Shown here in pieces: positions 17,998 through 28,138 of a DNA stretch of 64,000 nt (positions are counted from its first letter, which is position 1; each line of letters begins with the position of its first letter). A model generated the notes under the pieces. The model was not told the DNA's origin, did not search any database, and saw only the letters and a list, made by a program, of their open reading frames with translations. The translations under genes and the position numbers were made by a program. The stretch is from an uncultured Actinomycetes bacterium (GTDB taxonomy: Bacteria > Actinomycetota > Geothermincolia > Geothermincolales > RBG-13-55-18). The stretch spans positions 687 through 64,686 of the forward strand of contig CAKZMC010000060.1 in NCBI GenBank assembly GCA_937128055.1, read 5' to 3'.

Positions 17998-20856
17998 TCA
18001 CAGGTAGGGAAGGAAGAAGCGGAAGATGGAACCTCCCCCGGGGCGCTCCTCGTGCCAGATGCGGCCGCCGTGGCCCTGCACGATCTGACGCGCCAGGAAA
18101 AGCCCCAGCCCCAGGCCCTCGGAATGGTACTGCGCCTCCTCCACCTGGTAGAAGCGGTCGAAGATGCGCTCGCGGCTTTCCTCCGCCACCCCCTTCCCGC
18201 GGTCCAGGATGGAGACGTTCACCCCCTCCCTGGCCGCTTCCACCTGAACCTCCACCTCGGCATGGGAGGGGGAGAATTTTACCGCGTTGTCCAGGAGAAT
18301 GACCAGCAGCTCGTGGATGCGGGTGGCGTCAATGGAGCACGACCCGACCTCACCTATCACGTTGAAGCGGAACTCCCGCCCCGGGAAGAGCCTCTTCATC
18401 TCGGATACGGCCTGCCTGGCGAGGAGGACGATGTCCTCCTTCTTCCGGGACAGGGGGAAGCGGTCACGCTCCACCAGGGAGACGCGCACCAGCCCCTCTG
18501 CTATGTCCTTGAGCCTTTCGGTGGCGGAGAGAATGGCCTCGGCCACTTCCACGCGCGTCTCCTCGTCCATATCGTCCGCGCGCTCCCGCAGCAGCTCGGA
18601 GAACCCTCCCAGCAGGGCCACGGGATGGCGCAGCTCGTGGGAGGCGATGTCGATGAAATCCCGCAAGCTTTCCTGGTAATCCCAGCGGTCTTCCTCGATG
18701 GAGATAGCCCTTCCCAGCATGATGAGGATGTCGATATCAGCGGCGCTGAATTGGCGCTCGGTGTCGAAAAACAGGGAGAGGCAGCCGATGGGCTCTCCCT
18801 TGAGCCTCACGGGAAAGCAGAGGGCCTCCTGCAGGTGATAGGAGGTCACGTCGGGGTCGTCATCGAAGACGCCCGGCGGGAGGTCCTTGCGCGAAACGGG
18901 AGAGTCAGTGCCCCGCGAGAGCAGCTGCCAGCAGACCAGGTTGTCCACGTTGTCGAAGGCAACGAGTCCCTTCTCCGACGCCAGCGACGAATAGACCTGG
19001 AACCTGCCCCTTTCCTTCCTGCCGTAGCGGGCGAGGCGGGCGTCCATGATCTCCCCGGCCGCATCAACGATATTGATGATGTTCCCCAGAGGATCATGGC
19101 CCAAGCTGAGGAGGCAACGGTTGAGCTTTTCCAGCCCCATCTCGCTCTTCTTGCGTTCGGTTATGTCGCGGGTAATGGCGGTGAAGCCGACGGGTCTGCC
19201 CTGAGGATCGCGCAGGAGGGAGGCGCTGATCTCCCCCCAGAATCGCGCCCCGCCCCCGCGGACAAGGATGTAATCCTCCCTCTTCACCCTACCTTCTCCG
19301 GGCCTGGTGCGCATGGAGTCTATGGCGCGCGCGTGGTCCTCGAGGGCGATGAACTCCAGGACGTTCCTGCCGATCACCTCCTCGGGGCGGTCGTAACCCA
19401 GCAACTGCGCCCCCGGTGGGTTGATCATGACGATCTTCCCCGCAAGGTCCGTGACGGTTATGGCGTCCGGAGAGGTTTCCACCAGGGCGCGGAAGAGCTC
19501 CTCGCTCTCCGCGAGGGCCCGCTTCGCTTCCTCGCTCTCGGTCACGTCCCGGGCGTTGACGACGATGCCCCTTACCGCGGGGTCGTCCAGGAGGTTGAAG
19601 GCTATGGCTTCCTGCCAGCGATGAGTGCCGTCCTTGTGGCGGTAACGAAAGCGGGCTATTTCCGTGACGCCTTTTTCTTCCAGGTCGGGCCGGAAGGAAT
19701 CCACCACCGCCTGCACGTCCTCGGGGTGGAAGAACTCCAGCGCGTTCTTCCCTATCGCTTCCTCCTGGGTGTATCCGGAGGTCTTTTCCACGGAGGGGCT
19801 GACATAGCGGATGGTCAGGTCATCGTCCAGCACCGCTATGAGGTCGTAGGCATTCTCGATGAGGGCCCGGTAGTATCGCTCGCTTTGCTCCAGCCGCCGC
19901 AAGGCTTCGTTCAATTCGCCGGTGCGCTGCTCCGCCAGCCTTTCCAGGCTCGCGCGGTATTCCGCGAGTTCTTCCTCCAGGCGTCTCTGCTCGGTCACGT
20001 CGTTGCCGATGTTCATTATCTCCACTACTTCTCCCGAGGGGCCCATGATGGGCACGCCCACGATGTCGGCCACCAGGTAGGTCCCGTCCCTTTTTCTTAT
20101 CTTCAGGTCGTTGCGGGCGGCTTTCGTCCCGCCGAAGAGCTGCGAGAGGGCGGTGGCCACCCGCTGGTAATCGTCGGGGTGGAGCAGGTTCAGCTCCATG
20201 AAGTTCTTGCCCAGGAGCTCGTCCTCCCGGTAGCCGAGCAGCTCCGTGACCACCCGGTTGACGCCGGTGATGACCAGGTCGCGGTCGAGGGAGAAGACGG
20301 CGAAGCGGGCGTTGTCGTGGAGGACGCGATAACGCTCCTCCGATTTGCGCAGCGCTTCCTCCACCCGCTCCCTTTGAGTGACGTCCCGGAACACGGCGAG
20401 GAAGTACCTGCTGCCATCCACGGTGAAGTAGGAGAGGGACATTTCCGCCAGGAAAGCAGCCCCGTCTTTTTTGGCCGAGCTGATACGGTACCTCTGGGCC
20501 GGTGCCCCCTCACCCTTGCCGGAGGCCATTTCCCGGAAGGAGCGCTGGAAGTCCGCCCTCTCGTTTTCGGATACGAGCAGCGAGCTTGCGCAGGCGCCCA
20601 GGGCTTCCTCCCGCGTATACCCCCAGAGCTCTTCCGCCGCACGGTTCAGGTAGACGATGCGCGCTTCCCCATCCATGCAGACGAAAGCGTCGGAGGCGGC
20701 TTCCGCGAGCTGGCGCAGCAGCCCCTCCTCAGGGCGGATCTCGCCCTCGCCGCCGTAAGGCTTGCCGGGTGAAGCGCCCCGCCTCCCCGCTCGGGCCGAT
20801 CCCTCTTTCGCGCGCCCTGGCCTCTTGCCTTTCTTGCGGGGCCCCGCCTTTCGCAT
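17998..20856 (-). CDS. Multi-PAS sensor histidine kinase
   Basis: 952 aa. At least four PAS/PAC-like blocks, then HisKA H-box SHELRHPV and HATPase_c (DNAVKFSP...GLGLGLFLARQIVQGHGGRIW). The 936-aa antisense ORF 17962..20772 is spurious. Confidence 0.85.
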   Translation of the reverse strand: MRKAGPRKKGKRPGRAKEGSARAGRRGASPGKPYGGEGEIRPEEGLLRQLAEAASDAFVCMDGEARIVYLNRAAEELWGYTREEALGACASSLLVSENERADFQRSFREMASGKGEGAPAQRYRISSAKKDGAAFLAEMSLSYFTVDGSRYFLAVFRDVTQRERVEEALRKSEERYRVLHDNARFAVFSLDRDLVITGVNRVVTELLGYREDELLGKNFMELNLLHPDDYQRVATALSQLFGGTKAARNDLKIRKRDGTYLVADIVGVPIMGPSGEVVEIMNIGNDVTEQRRLEEELAEYRASLERLAEQRTGELNEALRRLEQSERYYRALIENAYDLIAVLDDDLTIRYVSPSVEKTSGYTQEEAIGKNALEFFHPEDVQAVVDSFRPDLEEKGVTEIARFRYRHKDGTHRWQEAIAFNLLDDPAVRGIVVNARDVTESEEAKRALAESEELFRALVETSPDAITVTDLAGKIVMINPPGAQLLGYDRPEEVIGRNVLEFIALEDHARAIDSMRTRPGEGRVKREDYILVRGGGARFWGEISASLLRDPQGRPVGFTAITRDITERKKSEMGLEKLNRCLLSLGHDPLGNIINIVDAAGEIMDARLARYGRKERGRFQVYSSLASEKGLVAFDNVDNLVCWQLLSRGTDSPVSRKDLPPGVFDDDPDVTSYHLQEALCFPVRLKGEPIGCLSLFFDTERQFSAADIDILIMLGRAISIEEDRWDYQESLRDFIDIASHELRHPVALLGGFSELLRERADDMDEETRVEVAEAILSATERLKDIAEGLVRVSLVERDRFPLSRKKEDIVLLARQAVSEMKRLFPGREFRFNVIGEVGSCSIDATRIHELLVILLDNAVKFSPSHAEVEVQVEAAREGVNVSILDRGKGVAEESRERIFDRFYQVEEAQYHSEGLGLGLFLARQIVQGHGGRIWHEERPGGGSIFRFFLPYL

Positions 20857-21312
20857 CGCTCCTCCCTTTTCAGGAGGGCGAGGCCGTGCCTCGCGTCCTC
20901 ATCCGGCTTTCCCGCTTGGGGAGCGCGGCGGGAAGGATGGGAGAGCCCCTTTTACCGGGCTCCCTTCCCGCTGCCGGTCATCTCGCTCCGTCTTGCCAAG
21001 CGGCGGTTACCATACAATGTCAATATACCCTAAAAAGGGAAGGATGAGCATTATGGGCGGGGGCAAAGAGCGGCCTTAGCCTCGCCGGGGGAATTCGGTG
21101 TGCGCGGATTGCATGTACAATGTATGTGGCGAGACCATATAAGAAGATGCGGAGGGCCTCCCGCCCGGCGGAGGCAGGCCGTGGCTGCGGCGCTGCGCCG
21201 GGGAGGCGGGGAAGGGTTTCACGTGAGCGGAGGGAGGAGAGGCTCCAGGAAGGGAGGGCCGGGAAGCGGGCAAGGAAGAGCGGGAGGCTTTGCAAAGGCT
21301 TGGCGGGATGAC

Positions 21313-22086
21313 ATGGGCAAGCTGACCATCATATCCTGGAACGTCAATGGGTTGCGGGCGGCGTACGGGAGGGGATTCCTGGAGTGGTTCCGGGATACCC
21401 GGCCCCATATCCTGTGCGTGCAGGAGACCAAGGCTACGGAGGAACAGCTGCCGCCGGAGCTGCGGGAGGTGGAAGGCTACCGCGCCTACTTCTCCACGCC
21501 CGACCGCAAGGGATACAGCGGAGTGGGTCTTTACACCCGGCGCGAGCCGGAGGGAGTGCGCGCCGCTTTAGGCATAGCGAGGTTCGATGCCGAGGGGAGG
21601 TTCCTGGCGGCCGACTACGGCGATTTCCTCCTCTGCAACGTGTACTTTCCCAACGGGAAGCAATCGCGGGAGCGGTTGCGCTACAAGCTGGATTTCTACG
21701 ATGCCTTCCTGGATTACGTGGAGGCCGTGCGCAAGAAAGGGAAGGCCATCGTGGCCTGCGGCGACTTCAATACCGCGCACCGCGAGATAGACCTGGCGCG
21801 GCCCAAGGAGAACAGCAAGGTCTCGGGATTCCTCCCCGAGGAGCGCGCCTGGCTGGACAGGCTCGTGGAGCACGGCTACCTGGACACCTTCCGCATGTTC
21901 AACGGGGAACCCGGCCAGTACACCTGGTGGGACCTGAAGACGCGCGCCAGGGAGAGGAATATCGGATGGCGGATCGACTATTTCTTCGTAAGCGAGGAGC
22001 TGCGCAAGCGGGTGAAAGCGGCCTACATACTCCCGGAGGTGGAGGGTTCCGACCACTGCCCCATCGGGCTGGAGATGGAGGGGTAA
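21313..22086 (+). CDS. xth: Exodeoxyribonuclease III
   Basis: [16 protein letters not shown]...ILCVQETK...[14 protein letters not shown]...[10 protein letters not shown]...GSDHCPI: canonical Xth/APE1 motifs. Start at the internal ATG at 21313. Confidence 0.9.
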   Translation: MGKLTIISWNVNGLRAAYGRGFLEWFRDTRPHILCVQETKATEEQLPPELREVEGYRAYFSTPDRKGYSGVGLYTRREPEGVRAALGIARFDAEGRFLAADYGDFLLCNVYFPNGKQSRERLRYKLDFYDAFLDYVEAVRKKGKAIVACGDFNTAHREIDLARPKENSKVSGFLPEERAWLDRLVEHGYLDTFRMFNGEPGQYTWWDLKTRARERNIGWRIDYFFVSEELRKRVKAAYILPEVEGSDHCPIGLEMEG

Positions 22087-22167
22087 GGCCGAGAGGCGCC
22101 CCTCCCGGCGGGGAGAATGTCTGGAAATGAACGGTAGTAAGGGAAAACACGGATAAGGGAGGTAAGA

Positions 22168-22494
22168 TTGTTCGAGGACGTCGAGGACATCACCATCAAT
22201 TACGAGGAAGACGGGGTGCAGGTGATCGAGGAGCTGGACAAGGAGATCATCACCCGCGGCGCCTGGGCCACGGTGCTCTTCCGCTACCGCCAGTGGGAGC
22301 GCTCGCGGGAGGGATACGGCCCGGAGCGCTACACCATAAGGCGTTACCGCCGCATCAACGGGGAGTACCGGCAGCAGGCCAAGTTCAACATCTCCAGCGT
22401 GGAACAGGCGAGGAAGATGGTGCAGGTCCTCGAGCGCTGGATAGCGGAGGCGCAGGAAGGCGGCGCGGGGGGCGAGGAAGAGGAAGGGGATTGA
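22168..22494 (+). CDS. Hypothetical small protein (108 aa)
   Basis: TTG start 6 nt after AAGGGAGG. Coding-like composition and a C-terminal Glu-rich tail. No recognisable family. Confidence 0.5.
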   Translation: MFEDVEDITINYEEDGVQVIEELDKEIITRGAWATVLFRYRQWERSREGYGPERYTIRRYRRINGEYRQQAKFNISSVEQARKMVQVLERWIAEAQEGGAGGEEEEGD

Positions 22495-22560
22495 GGGTGC
22501 GGGCGGGGGAAAGGCAGCCTGCCGGCGGGGCGGGCGCTCGCGGGCGCTCGCGATCCCCGC

Positions 22561-23676
22561 TCAACCTCCGAGTTCCTCCAGCCAGCCCAGGATGACGGGA
22601 TATACTTCCTCCTGGACTCTTTTCCCCATCACCAGGTCCGTGTGGCCGTACCCCGCGAAGTTCTCGAAGCGCTTGCGTCCGCTTGCCACCAGCTCGTAAC
22701 CGTGCGCGCGGATGTTTTCCGCCCCCACGAAGTCCAGGGTCCCGGTGATGAAGAGAAGGGGCAGGGTGATGTGCGCCATGCGTTCCGTGTAACTGCATGC
22801 GCGCCGGAAGTCCCGGAAGTCGCGGTCGCGCACGAGGGAGAGTATCTGTGCGGTCATGCGCGTGGTGACGTTGTCGGAAGCCCATCTCAGGAGGCTGTAA
22901 CCCACTTCCGGGTATACGTTCTCCCTGTTGTAGAGGAAGATGGCGATGGGGCCATGCATCGCCAGCACTCTTCCCAGGCGCGGGAAGCGCGCGACGAGGT
23001 CACCCAGCCGGCTGACGGGAAGGAGGGGAGACGCCTTTTCCAGCAGTCCGCACAGGCGGATGAGCGCGCGGACGGAGGCCTCGAAGAAGGGGAGGCGGGA
23101 GAGGGTCGCCACCCAGGCGCCCCCGCCGTGGTAAAAGGCAGGAGGGCTTCCGATGGTGATCCCTCCCAGGAGAGAGCGGTTCCTCTCGGCAGCCAGCAGG
23201 GGATCCAGCGACACCTGGGAGCCGCCTTCGCCGGGGGCGATGCGAGCGCCGGCGAGGTACATGTAGAGCACCATTCCTCCCATGCTGTGTCCTATCCACA
23301 CGGGCTTCTTGCCCGTGGCCAGGCTCACCCCGTCCACCAGGGCCGGCGCGTCCAGGGCGGCGAGGTGGTCGACGGAGTGGAGCCAGCCGTTCGTGTCGCT
23401 GCGGTAAGGCGCCCTGCCGCATCCCCGGAAGCTGGAGATCCACACGTCGTAACCACGCTCCGCCAGGAAGAGAGCGAGGTTGTGTCCGCGGTGGGGCAGG
23501 TCGAATTCCAGGCCGTTGCCCGTGTAGCCGTGGACGAGGATGATGGGCTGGGCGCCCTCCCTGGCGTACCGTTTGAGGCGCAGGGTCACGCCGTCCCCGG
23601 TGTGGAAGCACTCGCAGCGGACCTCCAGGCCGGAGCCGGGAGCGACCTCCTCCGGGTTAAAGGGAATTATTTCCAT
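22561..23676 (-). CDS. Alpha/beta-fold hydrolase
   Basis: MEIIPFNPEE...PIILVHGYTGNG... nucleophile elbow GHSMGG. About 371 aa. Start at the internal ATG; the track ORF's first 124 aa are an artefact. Confidence 0.8.
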   Translation of the reverse strand: MEIIPFNPEEVAPGSGLEVRCECFHTGDGVTLRLKRYAREGAQPIILVHGYTGNGLEFDLPHRGHNLALFLAERGYDVWISSFRGCGRAPYRSDTNGWLHSVDHLAALDAPALVDGVSLATGKKPVWIGHSMGGMVLYMYLAGARIAPGEGGSQVSLDPLLAAERNRSLLGGITIGSPPAFYHGGGAWVATLSRLPFFEASVRALIRLCGLLEKASPLLPVSRLGDLVARFPRLGRVLAMHGPIAIFLYNRENVYPEVGYSLLRWASDNVTTRMTAQILSLVRDRDFRDFRRACSYTERMAHITLPLLFITGTLDFVGAENIRAHGYELVASGRKRFENFAGYGHTDLVMGKRVQEEVYPVILGWLEELGG

Positions 23677-24093
23677 GTCCCGGGACCGTGAAGCCGTATG
23701 GGAGCAATCCATCGTCCACCTCCGTGTGATGCGGGAAGGCGCGCATCGCCCAGCCCGCCGTCCGTATCGTGCAAAGGAGCGGCTCGCCTCGCCCCTTACC
23801 GCGGCTTTCCTCGCGGCCACGCCCCGCCGCCGGGGCCGTTCTGCGTCGTGCGCCCTCATGCGAAGCGCCATCATTTTATCATTTGCCGCCGCGGGGAAGG
23901 CGGGTTGCCCGGGGAGCTGCCGGAGGTTCCCGGGCGGCGAGCGGCGTGAATACGCGGGAAGGAACGGGACGGCGGGGAGGCCTGTCCACGCAACTCCGGG
24001 AGGTGCGCCGGCGATTGACGGAGAGGCTGCCCGCCAGTAGAATGTCATTACCGACCGTTAAGTAAAATCCTCGTCAAGCAGGGGAGGGAGTGG

Positions 24094-24681
24094 ATGAACA
24101 AGGCACGTTGGGAGGAGATACTGTCCGTGGCCGCACGCCTCTTCCGCGAGAAGGGGTATCGCGCCACCACCATGGAGGACATCGCAAGAGAGCTCCGGGT
24201 GACAAAGCCTGCCCTTTATTACTACATCGACACCAAGCACGATTTGCTCTACGCCATCTGCGGGGCGGCAATCGAGCGGCTCATGGAGGGGGCCAAGAAG
24301 ATCATGCGCGAGGACGGTTCGGTGGAAGATAAGCTGCGCCGCCTCATCGCCTGGCACGTGAACATGTTCTCAGCGAACGGCGACGTGATCGCCGTGTACC
24401 TGGCGGACGAGAACGAGCTTGCCGAGGATAAGCGGAAATTCATCCGTTCCCGGAGCCGGGAGTACGAGTCGTTCTACCGGGAGCTCATGGAGCGGGGCAT
24501 CGAGGAGGGCAGGTTCCGGGAGCTGGACGTCCCCATGGCCGTGCGCGCCATATCCGGCATGTGCAACTGGCTCTCCGTCTGGTTCCGCCCGGGAGGGAAG
24601 TACACGGCGGAGGAGATCGCGGAGATATTCTCCGACCTCTTCCTCCGCGGGTGCGCGGCTGCGGCGGGCGGGGAGGCGTGA
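24094..24681 (+). CDS. TetR/AcrR-family transcriptional regulator
   Basis: LFREKGYRATTMEDIARELRVTKPALYYYIDTKHDLL is a TetR HTH. Divergent from the hydrolase and upstream of the DUF35/thiolase cluster. Confidence 0.85.
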   Translation: MNKARWEEILSVAARLFREKGYRATTMEDIARELRVTKPALYYYIDTKHDLLYAICGAAIERLMEGAKKIMREDGSVEDKLRRLIAWHVNMFSANGDVIAVYLADENELAEDKRKFIRSRSREYESFYRELMERGIEEGRFRELDVPMAVRAISGMCNWLSVWFRPGGKYTAEEIAEIFSDLFLRGCAAAAGGEA

Positions 24682-24775
24682 CGGGGGGCCGGCGTAGATG
24701 GCGCGGCCGCGCGTCGTGAGCGGGCGGTTTTCCCGGGGCGGAAAGCAGCCCGCTGGGTGAAGGGAGGTGCGGGGA

Positions 24776-25246
24776 ATGGAGGACTGGAGAACGGGCCAGG
24801 AGATCCTGGTCATGGAGGGCAGGATCAAGGTCCCCTACCGCTGGGCGGCGGGAGAGACGGGGACCCGCTACCTGCAGGCCCTGCGGGACGAGATGAGGTT
24901 CCTGGGCACCAGGTGCCCGCAATGCGGCGTCGTCTACCACCCGCCGCGCCGCCACTGCCCCGACTGCGGCACGGAATGCGAGTGGAGGGAGCTTGCGAGC
25001 CGGGGGGTGCTCGTCACCTACACGGTGGTGCGGCGACACCATTCCCAGCTAACGCCCCTCGACATCCCCTTCGCCTACGGGATCATCCGGCTGGAGGGCG
25101 CGGACACCGGTTTCCTGCACCTGCTGCACGAGTTCGCGGAGGGCGAGCTGCGCGCGGGCATGGAGGTGGAGGCGGTCTTCGCCACGGAGAGGGAGGGGAG
25201 CGTACGCGACGTGCGCTACTTCCGGCCCCTGCGGGAGGCGGTTTGA
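24776..25246 (+). CDS. DUF35 / OB-fold protein with Zn-ribbon (thiolase partner; BbsA/ChsH2-like)
   Basis: CPQCGVVYHPPRRHCPDCG Zn-ribbon followed by an OB-fold region. ATG 9 nt after GGGAGG. Confidence 0.8.
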   Translation: MEDWRTGQEILVMEGRIKVPYRWAAGETGTRYLQALRDEMRFLGTRCPQCGVVYHPPRRHCPDCGTECEWRELASRGVLVTYTVVRRHHSQLTPLDIPFAYGIIRLEGADTGFLHLLHEFAEGELRAGMEVEAVFATEREGSVRDVRYFRPLREAV

Positions 25247-26392
25247 ATGGAGCCGGTGGCGGTGGTGGGCGTGGGGATGACCCGCATGGAGCGTGAGAGG
25301 CGCCCGGACGGGTACGCCGACCTGGTTTACGAGGCGGTGTGCCTGGCGCTCGCGGACGCGGGGATGACCATCGACCAGGTGGACAACGTGGTAACGATCT
25401 CCAACGACTTCTTCGACGGCAGGACCATCTCCTCCATGGCCGTGCAGGACGCCTGCGGGTCCTACGACAAGAACATATCCACCGTGGAGGGGGACGGCGC
25501 CTTCGGGGCGTTTTACGGCCTCATGCGCATCCTCTCCGGGAGCTTCGGCACAACCTTGGTCTGCGCCCATCACAAGGGGTCGGAGAGCGACATGTCGCTC
25601 ATCACCAACGCCATGTTCGACCCGGTCTACGAGCGTTCCCTGGGCATAGAGGCGGTGACCTCGGCGGCCCTGCAGGCGCGCGCCTACATGGACAGGTACG
25701 GCGTGAGCGAGGAGGATTGCGCACTGGTCTCCGTGAAGAACCGCGCCAACGCCCTCCGCAACCCGCTGGCCCAGCTACCCCTGGAGCTGACGGTGGAGGA
25801 GGTCATGTCCTCTCCTTACCTCGCCGAGCCCCTCAAGGTCCTGGACTGCTGTCCCGTCTCCGACGGCGCCGCGGCGCTCGTCCTGGCATCGGCCGAGAGG
25901 GCGCGCAAGGCGGCCGGAAAGCCGGTGTGGGTGCGGGGCGTGGCGCACTGCTGCGACGCCTACCACCTGGGCGACCGCGACCTGAGCGACGTACGCGCCC
26001 TGCAGCGGGCGGCGGCGAAGGCCTATTCCATGGCCGGCATCGACGATCCCGCACGCGAGATCGACGTCGTCGAGCTGTACGATGCCTTCTCCTACATGGA
26101 GCTCATGTGGCTGGAGGGCCTCGGATTCTGCGGGCGGGGCGAGGCCGGGAGGCTCACCGCCGGCGGGGCCACCTCCCTGGAGGGGAACACGCCGGTAAAC
26201 GCATCGGGGGGCTGCCTGGCGGGGAACCCGGTGCTGGTTGCGGGGCTGAACCGCATCATCGAGTGCGCCTTGCAGGTGCGGGGAGAGGCCGGCGAGCACC
26301 AGGTGGAAGGGGTGCGCACGGCGGTGGCGCAGGGGATCAACGGCCCCTGCGGCCAATCGCATTGCGTCTGGGTGCTGGGAGGTGAGCGGTGA
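25247..26392 (+). CDS. Thiolase-like protein (SCP-x / nonspecific lipid-transfer protein family)
   Basis: MEPVAVVGVGMTRMERER...NASGG near the C-terminus. SCP-x thiolase architecture, paired with DUF35. Confidence 0.85.
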   Translation: MEPVAVVGVGMTRMERERRPDGYADLVYEAVCLALADAGMTIDQVDNVVTISNDFFDGRTISSMAVQDACGSYDKNISTVEGDGAFGAFYGLMRILSGSFGTTLVCAHHKGSESDMSLITNAMFDPVYERSLGIEAVTSAALQARAYMDRYGVSEEDCALVSVKNRANALRNPLAQLPLELTVEEVMSSPYLAEPLKVLDCCPVSDGAAALVLASAERARKAAGKPVWVRGVAHCCDAYHLGDRDLSDVRALQRAAAKAYSMAGIDDPAREIDVVELYDAFSYMELMWLEGLGFCGRGEAGRLTAGGATSLEGNTPVNASGGCLAGNPVLVAGLNRIIECALQVRGEAGEHQVEGVRTAVAQGINGPCGQSHCVWVLGGER

Positions 26393-27582
26393 TGGGAAAG
26401 AGAGTGGCCGTGGTGGGCGTGGGCATGACCAGGCAGCGCTCCTCGCGCCCCGACGTCAACGGGCAGGAACTCATCCACGAGGCGGTACGCGCCGCCCTCG
26501 CGGACGCGGGGATGAAGCGGGATGACATCGACGCCGTGGTCATCGGCAACATGGACCACTTCGAGGGCATCAACTACGTGGACACCTGGTCCGTGGACGG
26601 CAGCGGAGCTCTCATGAAGCCCATCATGAAGCTGACCACCGGCGGCACCACCGGGTCCACGGTGGCCATGGCCGCCTACTACCACGTGGCCTCCGGGCTC
26701 TTCGACCGGGTGTTGGCCATCGGGTGGGAAAAGAACTCCGAGTCCGACACCACGGGGGCCATCATCACCGCCTTCGATCCCTTCTGGGACCGCCCCATCT
26801 TCGCCGGTGCGGTGGCGGGCCTGGCCCTGGAGGCAACCCAGTACATGCACCTGACCGGGGCCACGGAGGAGGACGCAGCCTACGTGGCGGTGCGCGAGCG
26901 CAGGCACGCCCTCAACAACCCCTTCGCCCACCTGCACATCAACCTGACCGTCGAGGACGTGATGAACTCACCCTACCTCTCCTGGCCGGTGAAGATGGGC
27001 GACATGTGCCCCCGCACCGACGGGGCCTGCGCGCTGGTCTTCGCGTCCGAGGATCTTGTGGAAGAATTTCCCAATCAACCGGCGTGGATCCTGGCCGTGG
27101 CCGACCGCCACCTCTGGGCCTACACCAGCGACCCCTACGTCAACCAGGCGCTGGAGAACGGCTGGTGGTTCCCCGCCCTGGAGTGGGCGGCCCGGGAGGT
27201 CTACGACAAGGTGGGGGTCAGGGAGCCCCTCAAGGAGATCGACGTGGCGGAGCTCTACCTGCCCTACTCCTTCGCGGGGCTGCGCTACATGGAGTCGCTG
27301 GGCTTCTGCCCGCGCGGAGGCGGCCCGGAGCTGGTGCGCTCGGGGGCCACCGACATGGGCGGGGAGTGCCCGGTGAACCCCTCGGGCGGGGTCATGTCCT
27401 CCAACGCCATCGGGGCCACGGGGCTCTTGCGGGTGGCGGAGTGCGCCCTGCAGATACAGGGGCGGGCGGAGGACCGCCAGGTCCCGGACGTGAGGCTGGC
27501 GCTGGCCACCGGCTTCGGCGGCTGCTTCTGGTCGGACGTGCTGCTCATGGGCAGGGAGAAACCGGAAAGGTCACGGGGGTGA
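26389..27582 (+). CDS. Thiolase-like protein (SCP-x family), second copy
   Basis: MMGKRVAVVGVGMTRQ...NPSGG. A diverged paralogue of the preceding gene. ATGA overlap with it. Confidence 0.85.
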   Translation: MMGKRVAVVGVGMTRQRSSRPDVNGQELIHEAVRAALADAGMKRDDIDAVVIGNMDHFEGINYVDTWSVDGSGALMKPIMKLTTGGTTGSTVAMAAYYHVASGLFDRVLAIGWEKNSESDTTGAIITAFDPFWDRPIFAGAVAGLALEATQYMHLTGATEEDAAYVAVRERRHALNNPFAHLHINLTVEDVMNSPYLSWPVKMGDMCPRTDGACALVFASEDLVEEFPNQPAWILAVADRHLWAYTSDPYVNQALENGWWFPALEWAAREVYDKVGVREPLKEIDVAELYLPYSFAGLRYMESLGFCPRGGGPELVRSGATDMGGECPVNPSGGVMSSNAIGATGLLRVAECALQIQGRAEDRQVPDVRLALATGFGGCFWSDVLLMGREKPERSRG

Positions 27583-27587
27583 GGGAG

Positions 27588-28094
27588 ATGGCCGGGGAGA
27601 AGAACGGGGAGGGAAAGGAAGCGAAGGAGGAGAGGAAGGAGCTGATCAAGCTGGAGAGCGGCGAGGCGGAGCAGCCCTTCCGCTGGTCGGCGGGGACCTA
27701 CGGGTCGCGTTTCCTCAGCGAGTTGCGGGACAATTGCAGGTTCGTGGGGGTCAGGTGCCCCTGCTGCGGGAGGGTCTACGTGCCCCCGCGCCGCGTCTGC
27801 GGGCCCTGCTTCCGGGAACTGACGGAGCTGGTGCCCGTCTCGGATGAGGGCGAGGTGATCACCTTCACCGTGGTAAGCTTCGGGTTCGTGGACCCCTCCA
27901 CCGGACGGCAGAAGCCGGTTCCCTACGGGTACGCGGTCATCAAGCTGGACGGCGCCGACACCTACATCCTCCATTACCTGGACGAGACGGACCCGGGAAA
28001 GATAAAGGTGGGAGCCAGGGTGAAGGCGGTCTTCGCGGAGGAGCGCAGCGGCAGCATGCTCGACGTGAAGCACTTCGCCCTCCTCCGGGCATGA
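27588..28094 (+). CDS. DUF35 / OB-fold Zn-ribbon protein, second copy
   Basis: CPCCGRVYVPPRRVCGPCF Zn-ribbon plus OB-fold. ATG after GGGGTGAGGGAG. Stop overlaps the next gene. Confidence 0.8.
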   Translation: MAGEKNGEGKEAKEERKELIKLESGEAEQPFRWSAGTYGSRFLSELRDNCRFVGVRCPCCGRVYVPPRRVCGPCFRELTELVPVSDEGEVITFTVVSFGFVDPSTGRQKPVPYGYAVIKLDGADTYILHYLDETDPGKIKVGARVKAVFAEERSGSMLDVKHFALLRA

Positions 28095-28138
28095 ACGGGG
28101 CCTGGCCCCCTTCGTGCCTGCGCGTCGGGGAGGTGGAC

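Noticed and set aside
17962-20772. 936-aa plus-strand ORF
   Set aside because: Antisense to the PAS histidine kinase, which has clear H-box/HATPase motifs. Composition is dominated by G/A/R/P/V with no domains.
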